A stretch of DNA of 64,000 nt from the human T2T-CHM13v2.0 reference genome, Homo sapiens. The DNA lies in assembly GCF_009914755.1 (NCBI RefSeq), contig NC_060933.1; one strand, given 5' to 3'. Below the pieces are notes generated by a model that made no database searches, had not been told where the DNA came from, and saw nothing but the letters and a program-made list of their open reading frames with translations. A program made the translations under genes and the position numbers. Below are positions 15,245-26,230 of the stretch, one piece after another. Within the stretch, counting starts at the first letter, position 1; every line of letters begins with the position of its first letter.

Positions 15245-15840
15245 ATATATAATATATTATTATAAATTATATAATATATAAAATATAATATATTATATTA
15301 TATTTTATATTGGTATATATAATTATATATAACTTAATTATAATTATATTGGTATATATAATTATATATATAACTTAAATATAATTATATATCGTTATAT
15401 ATAATTATATATAACAATTATAATTATATCAGTATATATAATTATATATAACCTAATTATAATTATATATCAGTATATATAATTATATATAACCTAATTA
15501 TAATTATATATCAGTATATATAATTATATATAACCTAATTATAATTATATATCGGTATATATAATTATATATAACTTAATTATTATATATTGGTATATAT
15601 AATTATATGTAACGTAATTATTATATATTGGTATATATAATTATATATAACTTAATTATAATTATATATTGGTATATATAATTATACATAACTTAATTAT
15701 AATTATATATGAGCATATAGAAATTATATATACTAATATATAATTATTTATATATTATATATATTCTTTATATATTATTATATATTAATTATATGTAAAC
15801 ATTATTTATATATGTAATTAAAGAATGTTATATATATGTA
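15245..15840. repeat. AT-rich minisatellite, ~41-bp unit
   Basis: unit cagtatatataattatatataacctaattataattatatat recurs at 15430, 15471, 15512 and (variant) 15553; degenerate flanks. Confidence 0.92.
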
Positions 15841-15869
15841 ATTAAAGGGCATAATCTTTTTTTAAAGTA

Positions 15870-16149
15870 ATTTTTTTTTCTTTTTTTTTGAGATGGAGTT
15901 TCACTCTTGTGCATAATCTCAGCTCACTGCAAACTCTGTCTCCCAGGTAGCGATTCTCTGGCCTCAGCCTCCCAAGTAGCTGGCACTCTGCAGGCGCATG
16001 CCACCATGCCCAGCTGATTTTTGTATTTTTAGTAGAGATGGGGTTTCACCATGTTGGCCAGGCTGGTCTCCATCTCCTGACCTCAGGTGATCCACCCGCC
16101 TTGGCCTCCCAAAGTGCTGACATTACAGCCATGAGCCACCGTGCCCAGG
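15870..16149 (-). mobile_element. AluS with small internal deletion
   Basis: antisense Alu lacking the ccaggctggagtgcagtgg segment. Confidence 0.85.
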
Positions 16150-16162
16150 CAAGGACATAATC

Positions 16163-16472
<310 letters not shown>

Positions 16473-18269
16473 TAATAGTAGGTACATTTAGGGAGATTCT
16501 ACTTGTGATTTGCCCTGCACTGTCCCAGGCACTGTAAGTGTATGCTCTCCTTTAATCTGTTTTATAAATGAGATCTCAGTGCCAAGTACAGTGGCCTAAC
16601 GTCAGAAAGCTTGTGACCAGTGATGGGTACTGAGCTTAAGGAAAAAGTGAATGGAAAAATCTAAGTTCAATTTAAGTCATCAAATTAAATATAAATTAGG
16701 ATTAAATGGTATAACCCTGTAACAGAAATAATTTACCTGAGAGGGAGAACTAAAGTGCATTTCCTCAAAAAATAATCTATTTTTTCATCTTGTAATGAGT
16801 CTGCAACCCTATGCTCAAAAGTAAACTGAATACTATTCCCCATATGTGCTGCATGAAGTTACTTCAAAGCCTTTGTAACGGCTGTTCCCTCTGCCCAAAA
16901 TGCTCTTCATTCTCTCTGGCTCAGTTCATAGGTCTTCTTCCAGCCTGTGAGCCCTAAACTACCTCTTGTGTCCCCGAGCCTTCAGAATTTGTTGCCTGCA
17001 CTGTTCATCTGTCAATCGCACCCTGTCTTGTGACATCCCCTGTATTGCTGTCTTGAACTGCTATTTAAATTCCTGGATGTTTGTGTTGTTTCCTTAACGC
17101 TGTGGCTCCTTGCCCAGTGCCTGCCAACCGTGGACGTGATGGATTCATCCATTTGTCAAGCCTTCACTAAGTGCACCAAGCCTGGAGCTCAGGGACTGGT
17201 AGTCAGAATTAACCAAGGCTTGGTTCCGGAGACTTTGCATCTAGTGAGAGTTCAGGCACTCCCGAGGGTGAGCGCTAGTTCCCAAGTTTATAAACTGACT
17301 GCTGTATTGTCATATACTCAGGTTGCTTTAAAAGAAGTCTTTCTTCCTCCAAAGATTTTTCAAAAGCAGGCATAAGAAATAGCTAATTGAAGAACACTTA
17401 GAGAGAGGTTCCTGCTTATGGACATTAATTGTGGCAATTTACGCTGCCTGAGTTACCATGAAAGCATGGGAGGCCCCTTAGCAGGAAGTAAAACTCGAGG
17501 GAGGCTATTAACCATTTAACATTCTCTAAACACCAGGGAATGAAGATTTCGCTTAGTGAAGAGCAGAGAGAGGTTGCTGAGCTAATGCATTGGCCTGGAG
17601 ACTTTGAAAGTTTCAGCCCTACCCAGTAGGAAAGAAGTGTACAACAGAGTAGTATGGGCACCTGGATAGCAGCTGGAGTTCTCTTGAATGTGTGACAAAT
17701 AAAATGAAATTGGTATGAGGACTTTGGCAAAGTCTTGCCAAGGCTTTTCTGGAATGGCAGCTCAGATTAGTTTTGGCTGTTTATGATAGTCACTGCAACT
17801 GCCTCCTATTAGTGCTGACTTGGCTACTTCCCAAGGGGGAGGAGTATTTGTTTTTGGTGGTGGGCTGGGGAGGTGGATGTGGAAGGGCACTTTATTGGGG
17901 TGAGAGCATTGTCCTTTTTGAATAGATTATTAATAGAGCCTTGGATGATGAGAGAGGCAAGGAAGAAGGCAGCAGATGGAGCCAAGGCTGAAGGAGCTGG
18001 GAGCAGGAGTGATGAACTGAGAGCAGCTGTTGAGAGACAGCCAGAAGCAGGGGCCTCAGCTCTGGGCCATGGGGCAGAGCATGGGTTTGCAGGCAGGTGG
18101 ACCAGTTTTGAGGAGCAATCCCCCAGCATCCTGCCTCCCCACCCCTCGCTTGACTTGGCTGCCTGTGAGAAGCTAGTTTTGTTTTGCTTAGGACTGTCCG
18201 GTGGTAAGCTGCCACGCTTTCTGGAGAATCTGAACAATATGTCTTTTTTGAGACCTTCTAGATCACTGG

Positions 18270-18460
18270 TCTTTGACTGGGGCAGGCATAAGTGGGTGCT
18301 TGGCAGGATACCCTGGAGAGCTTTCTCCAGGCTCCCATGCTCGAACCCCACCTTGGACCAACTAATTTTGGGTTCTCAGGAAGAAGTCCTGGAGCATATA
18401 CCTCAGACAGGCTGTTCAGGTGGTTTTGTGGTACACTTCTGGATAGAACCACTGCTCTAG
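18270..18460. mobile_element. MER5-like DNA transposon remnant
   Basis: ends in agaaccactgctctag, the typical MER5 terminus and target. Confidence 0.5.
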
Positions 18461-19057
18461 CTCAGGCCCCCTTAGACCAGGTTTTGGAAAACACATCTCT
18501 AGGGAGTTTACTACCTATCCAGAAGCCTGTTCCATCTTTGGTTTTGATATTGTGCCTTCCATAGGACATGCCAAATCTCTCAGCTATGTGGGTCCTTCAG
18601 CTATTGAAGCCAGCCTCCAGGGTTATGCTCCAGCCTAAATATCCACGATGTTTCTTGATTAATAGTTATTAAACCAACCTATGAATTAGTCCAAGTTGAG
18701 GATGGGGTAAGAGAGAGGAGAACAGAAAGATGACATTAAAAAAAAACTCTTACTGTCAGGATAGAACAGGATGTGGCACAATAAAAGTCCTTAAAAGTAT
18801 ATTGATACTGTCTTTTTTTTTCTCCTGATTATAAAAACGATACTTGTTCCCTATGCAAACAGTGAAAACCCATAAAGGAAAATTAAACCCCTAGTAATCC
18901 CACCTACCAGATATGACCATTGTTAGTATTTTTGTGGGTGTCTTTCTCATTAAATTCACATTACTCATTAAATTTACAGCTTTGTAAACTTCTTTTTCTC
19001 TAACAATATCAAGATATTTTTGGACTTTATTAATATTAACTGATGTTATCATTATTA

Positions 19058-19373
19058 TTTTTTTGAGACAGTGTCTTGCTCTGTTGCTGCAACTGCCTCC
19101 TGTTAGTGCTGACTTGGCCACTTCCCAAGAGGGAGGAACAGTAACACACAATCACAGTTCACTGCAGCTTTGACCTCCCAGGCTCAAGTGATCCTCCTAC
19201 CTCAGCCTCCTCAGTAGCTGGGGCTACAGGCTCATGCCACCATGCCCTGCTATTTTAAAAATTTTTTGTAGAGATGGTGTCTCCCTTTGTTGTCCAGGCT
19301 GGTCTCAAACTCCTGGGCTCAAGTGATGCCTTCCAAAGTGCTGGATTACAGGTGTGAGCCACTGCACCTGGCC
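19058..19373 (-). mobile_element. AluJ-like carrying a 51-bp foreign insertion
   Basis: antisense Alu interrupted at 19087-19137. Confidence 0.85.
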
Positions 19374-19462
19374 CATGCCATCATTATTAAAAGCTGCCAA
19401 CTCTTAGTCCCTGATTATTGGACATTGAGCCTCAATGGTGGACATTCTTCAGGAACTCTGAA

Positions 19463-19493
<31 letters not shown>

Positions 19494-19773
19494 AGATGGA
19501 GTCTTGGCTCTGTCACCCAGGCTGCAGTGCAGTGGTGCGATCTTGGCTCACTGCAACTCCACCTCCTGGTTTCAAGTGACTCTCCTGCCTCAGCCTCCTG
19601 AGTAGCTAGGATTATAAGCATGCACCACCACGTAGGGCTAATTTTTGTATTTTTAGTAGAGACAGGGTTTCACCATGTTGGCCAGGCTGTTCTCAAACTC
19701 CTGACCTCAAGTGATCTGCCTGCCTGTGCCTCCCAAAGTGCTGGCATTACAGGCGTGAGCCACCGTGCCCAGC
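19463..19773 (-). mobile_element. AluS with (CTT)n tail
   Basis: antisense dimer; TSD tgaattctt. Confidence 0.9.
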
Positions 19774-20385
19774 TGTGAATTCTTTTTAACCAAGAAGATT
19801 GAATTTAGCCCCTCGCCATAGTCTGACATCCCCATGAGGCCTGACCCTGGCCCATGCCTACCTGCCCTGCTGGTGGCCAGGTCAGATTGGTCTCAGCAGC
19901 TTTTGTGTCAGGTTGGTTTGGACCTTGATCTGTAGCCATCTAAGAACTGCTCAGCTCCTTCCTGGACCTGAGATAGAACTTCTTGAGCTTGAGGTCCCAT
20001 AACTGTTCTCCTCCACTGAGCATCACCAATGATGTGGGCAAGGAGGTTCCCTGTGGGGACCAGCTCTTCAGATCTACCTAGCACCAGAACGGTTAAAACT
20101 CATGAAGTACCGCTGAGCTTCTGTGTTTGGTAGAGGCAGTGCTGAACTTGTCCTGTGACCTTGGGAAAGGGACCAACTCTGAGTCTCCATTTTTCCCTCT
20201 GTAAAATGGAGATAATAGCTCCTCTCTATCCTGCCTCACAGAGTCAGAAGGATCAAACGAGATGATGTGGGTAAAAAGCTTTGTAAACCACAGTGCATCA
20301 GGCAAACCCATGCTATACTTGATAATGGACCTCCCGATAGAGCCCAGAAAAAAAATGCTGACTCAAGTCTCACTTGTTCTCCCAG

Positions 20386-20446
20386 ACAGAGTGGACTCAT
20401 TGGCTGCATGAGCTTTGGGGTGAAGTCTCTCCTGACTCCAGACAAG
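20386..20446 (+). CDS. RGS3: RGS3 C2-domain exon (QSGLIGCMSFGVKSLLTPDK), phase 2-0
   Basis: acceptor ttgttctcccag|A, donor AAG|gtgggt, 61 nt. Confidence 0.95.
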
Positions 20447-21102
20447 GTGGGTCCTAGGGATGCTTCTGTCAGGATCATCCCAACTGGGCCGGGGCTGGTA
20501 CAGGCAGAGTTTCTCTGTCAGCTCTTGGGCAGGGCTTCTCTCTGTGAGATGGTGCCCCACTGAGACAGGTGCCCTGTGGGGTGGCCTGCATAGCAGCACT
20601 GTGTTTATTACCTGCCTAGCTGAGAGTTTGGGTCCCCTTCTTGGTTTGTCTTGCCAGAGAGCAGTTTGTTAGGCAGCCCCAAGTCTTCCCAGGAGGCTCT
20701 GAGTCTGGTGTCTGCTGTTGAAGACATTGGCAGATCCCTTGGGGCCCAGAGCACTCCTGGGCCTGCCCCAGAAGATGAGGGCCAGGTGCACCCGTGGTCC
20801 GTTCCAGGGGTCCTCTTCATGTGTCTACCAGGCCTGATATTTCTGGGCCTAACAGGTGCTCAAGGATGGAGTGAGCAGCACCATCCTCTGTGGAGCTTTC
20901 CTTCAGGCTGGAGGAGGACTCTTTGGGACCCAAGACTCCTAGCTCTGGGTCACTGGTCCCTTATCAATTTCTACGCTGCACTGGACTCCCCAAACTGGAA
21001 GGTGGAGGGTGGGGAGCACTCCTTTTGCACATCCCTGGAAATGTCCTGGTGGCTTGTGGCATGGCCTGCCACGCAGATTTTTGTCCTGGGGTGGGTGGCT
21101 GA

Positions 21103-21450
<348 letters not shown>

Positions 21451-21913
21451 TAGAGCTTCTCTTGACTGCAGCCTTGGCTTCATTCTCCTAGAAAAGATGT
21501 TCCCCCTGGAGACTGCTCAGGAGCCACAGGATGCCTTTTGGTCTCTCCATCCCTCTTTCACTCCTTCACTTCTGTTCTGTCAACAAATATGGCTCCTACT
21601 GTATACCAGGCATAGTGTGAGGCACATCAAAGAGCCTGTGCACAACTTAGTGGGGGAGACAGGCAAGTAGATGGTTGTCCTCCAGGGATAAGAGGCTGTG
21701 GGAATTTGGCAGAGGGGAGAGCCAGATCTGCCCTGAGCATCACGGAAGGCTTCCTGGAGGTGCAGGCATGGCAGCTCGGGGCCAGGAAGGCTGGAGAGTC
21801 TGTCTCTCCTGTGGGTGGGTGTCCAGTGGCTACTTTTGGAGGGGGATTGGTGGCTGCCTGACCTGTGCTTCTGCCTCCTGTGTCTGAGCGTGCCATTCCT
21901 TCTCTCGTGACAG

Positions 21914-22004
21914 GAGATCAGTGGTTGGTACTACCTCCTAGGGGAGCACCTGGGCCGGACCAAGCACTTGAAGGTGGCCAGGCGGCGACTGCGGCCGCTG
22001 AGAG
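21914..22004 (+). CDS. RGS3: RGS3 C2-domain end exon (EISGWYYLLGEHLGRTKHLKVARRRLRPLR), phase 0-1
   Basis: acceptor tctctcgtgacag|GAG, weak donor AGAG|gtacct, 91 nt; C2 terminal WY.L motif. Confidence 0.93.
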
Positions 22005-22624
22005 GTACCTGCACACCCCCTTCAGCTTCCCTTCCCAGGACCTGCCCCCTCCCTCCTTTCCTGCATAGCGGCATCAGTACTGGTATTTGGTGGCCCCTGC
22101 TACTGAGAATGCTATCAGCCTGCTGGGTGCAGGGACTTCTCAGGAGCACTTGCTAGAGTGCAGGCTGCAGGAAGCCTCTTGCCCATGCCTCCACTGTTTA
22201 TCTGGTTGGACTTTTACTGTAGAGGCTATGGTCTGACCCCATGTGGTTTAGCTCCCTCGCTTGTGGGGTACTTTATGCTTCCCCAGTGGCCCCTTCCCAG
22301 CTCCATGTCTCAGGGATCCCCCAGGCTGCCTTGCTCATCTTGGGATACCCACCTCTACAGACAGGGCGTTTAGGTCCTGCCATGATCCCTAAGGCTCAGA
22401 ATGTGGATTTCATGACCCTTTTCCATGTTCTGCCTTTCCCACATGCAGCCCTGGCTCCTGAGTCCCTGTCTGGATTGAGCCTCAGGTGTCCCCACATCCT
22501 GAGGCCAGGAGTGGCCCTGGGCAGCCCCATGGGCCTGTTTCCCAGTGCTGTCCTCTGGGTGGTCCGAGGAGGGGAGACTTCTCTGCCACCAGAAGTTTTC
22601 TGATTCTGCTCTGTCACCTTCCAG

Positions 22625-22680
22625 ACCCGCTGCTGAGAATGCCAGGAGGTGGGGACACTGAGAATGGGAAGAAACTAAAG
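22625..22680 (+). CDS. RGS3: RGS3 C2-PDZ linker exon (DPLLRMPGGGDTENGKKLK), phase 1-0
   Basis: acceptor ctgtcaccttccag|AC, donor AAG|gtaggt, 56 nt. Confidence 0.93.
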
Positions 22681-23108
22681 GTAGGTGGGGACAAGCTAGG
22701 GCATTGCTCCAGGAGCTGGATCTGCTCCTTGACAGCCCCTGGGCCCGGGAAACCCCTAAAGGGGCAGCATTTGGTGCTTGAAACTCAGCAAGTCATGTAC
22801 TCAGAAGGAATAATTTCTTGATTTTCCTGAGGTGTATTACAGGAAATAAATGCTCTTCTCAGGGTATCCATGATCGTGGCAGGGGTGGGGAAATGGCCAG
22901 GCCCCCACCTCTGGAAATGGAAGCATCTGGATCTTACTAACTTTGGGCCTCTAGAAACCGAGTCCTCCCCTTCCCACAGACTTCTCGGCCCCCTGCTTCC
23001 CCTGGGACTGAGGCCGAATCACCCTCCCAGGTTAGGCCTGCTTGATGTCAGGGGGCAGCTGCGATTCTGAACCTGAGACCAAGGTGTTCTAACTCTATTA
23101 GGGCTTCA

Positions 23109-23900
<792 letters not shown>

Positions 23901-24309
23901 CTAATCTTCACTGCCCGCTCTAAGGCAGCTGTTACTTCCGCATCTCACAGATGAGAGGGACATACATGGTTCAGAGCATTAGGCCCTCTCTGTGGCCACA
24001 CAGCTGGCAGGTGGTGAAGGCAGGCTCTGAGTGAGGGCTGGCCACCTTTTCAGTGTGCTGTGGCACACTGCCTCCTGTGCATGGCCTAGCTGGGAATATA
24101 AGACATTGCTGTAGTTCCTAATAGTATTTTACGTATTACACAATATCGGCGTATTACAATCTACCAAACATTTTCACGTTCACTGACTCAAGTCATTCAC
24201 TCATTCATCATTCATTAAATATTTCCACCTATGTAGGCTGGGCCCTGTGCTGGGTGCTGGGATGCAGCTCTGGACCTGTCTAAGGCCCTGCCCCATGGAG
24301 CAGTCTAGA

Positions 24310-24457
24310 GCTGTGCTGGCCAGTGTGGTGACCACCTGCTACCTGTGGCTATTGAGCACTTAGTGGCTAGTGTGACTGGGGAACTGAGTGTCAACTTTAG
24401 TTTTAAGTAATTTCAGTTTACCTGGCACATGTGTCTAGCTGCGACTGGGTTAGACAG
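24310..24457. mobile_element. MER3-like hAT-Charlie remnant
   Basis: tgtggctattgagcactt...gtggctagtgtgactg.ggaactga core. Confidence 0.7.
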
Positions 24458-24578
24458 AGAAACTTGCCAGGAGTAACTTGTCAGGTTTGTTTTCTGTGGT
24501 TTCATTAGTTGAAAAGCTTTCCTCTGGCTTCTGTGGGGAACTGCAAAGACCTTTCCTCCTCTCTTTCTACTTGCCAAG

Positions 24579-24644
24579 CACAGAGAGGATGGTGATCAGG
24601 GGGCCTCCCTCGTGATTCATGGAAATTACATGGGCATCAACACC
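24579..24644 (+). CDS. candidate in-frame cassette exon (HREDGDQGASLVIHGNYMGINT), phase 0-0
   Basis: polypyrimidine tract ctttcctcctctctttctacttgcc followed by aag acceptor, donor ACC|gtaagt, 66 nt with no stop, phase-compatible with both neighbours; not in the RGS3 protein sequences I recall. Confidence 0.45.
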
Positions 24645-25165
24645 GTAAGTTTGCTTCCTCCAACATCACAGGTTTCTTGGTGGCTTGTAAAGTCCTCCTG
24701 CGTGCTGGATTCTGCACACAGGCCCTGAGCCCCTTGTTCTGAGGTGCACTGGATTTTCCTGAACTTATGTGCTCAGAGATGTCTGTGGGACTCAGCAAAG
24801 AGGGTGTGCTTCTCAGAGGCTTGGTTGGGGCCGGGGGAGAGCCCCCAGAGGCCATCTCTTCAGCTCCTGTGCTGTGCAGGTGGGGAGATGGAGGCCCAGA
24901 AACCTGGGTGACCTGCCCACAGTCACACAGCAACCAAAGCTGGGTTGAACCAAGGAACCCTCTGTCATCAAGGACTTGAGTGTGTGGCTGGGCTTCCCCA
25001 GGGGCTCTGAGATGGGCAAAAGCAGCTGGGCTCACCATGCGCTGCTCTGCAGGATGCTATCCTGGGACTGCCAGGCAAGAAATAGGACCCAGGTTCTGGT
25101 CCTAGCCCCACACTGCCCTGCTGTTTGACCATAACCTCTCCAGGCCTCAGTTTGTTTGTCAGTAA

Positions 25166-25605
<440 letters not shown>

Positions 25606-25879
25606 TAGTTTCCAAGTGGCAGGCAGGTCTTCAGACTCCAAATGTTTTATGTTCCCTGTCATGAGATGGGATGTCTGTGAGTGCAAACCCCCCCAAGGTA
25701 TCCTTGGATTCTTTAGGCTGGGGCAGTCTCCTGGATTTCTAGCAGGGTCCCTGGGACTTGCAGGGGGAGGAGGTGTTGTTATAGAGCAGCCACGTTTTCT
25801 GCCTGGGTTCTCCTCCAGTGAGGGGTGTTTGTGAGAACATTGGAATCACAAAGTGGCCCATGGCGGAGAATGCAGCCAG

Positions 25880-26080
25880 AACAAAGGCGCCCTCTCCCCG
25901 CCGGGCCCGGGGAATACTAACTAGTTGACAGGAATTTTAATATAAAACTCTCCCTCTTCCTTGTCATTCTGAGGTTTCAGGAAGCCTTCGGGCTTATCGT
26001 GCAGAGGCACACAGCACAGACAGGGCTTGGGGAGGTGAGAGGTGATTTCCTGCCATTCTTCTGTGGGGCGGGCTTCCCAG
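25880..26080 (+). promoter_or_regulatory. RGS3: internal promoter of the PDZ-RGS3 isoform
   Basis: GC-rich ccccgccgggcccgggg (~25896-25912), TATAAAA at 25941-25947, GC box GGGGCGGGC at 26065-26073, local CpG enrichment, immediately upstream of the PDZ-RGS3 ATG. Confidence 0.7.
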
Positions 26081-26176
26081 GGTGCTCATGCCAGGCTGAC
26101 GGGTCCAGTGCGGGCTCCCGCTGCTGGGGGAGAGCTGGGTTTTCATGGGGCGGCAGCCGAGGCAGGACCCGCAGCC

Positions 26177-26230
26177 ATGAACCGCTTCAATGGGCTCTGC
26201 AAGGTGTGCTCGGAGCGCCGCTACCGCCAG
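26177..26230 (+). CDS. RGS3: PDZ-RGS3 alternative first coding exon (MNRFNGLCKVCSERRYRQ), phase 0 donor
   Basis: Kozak gcagccATG, donor CAG|gtgggt, 54 nt; matches the N-terminus of PDZ-RGS3 as I recall it. Confidence 0.95.

Noticed and set aside
15245-15840. CRISPR-like or other prokaryotic array
   Set aside because: Human DNA; units are directly tandem with no unique spacers, so it is a minisatellite
17873-18460. 195-aa ORF with a protein-like charged segment
   Set aside because: Purine-rich and stop-poor, ends in a MER5-like remnant; its good donor (GTAAGC, ~18204) is phase 1 while the next exon needs phase 2
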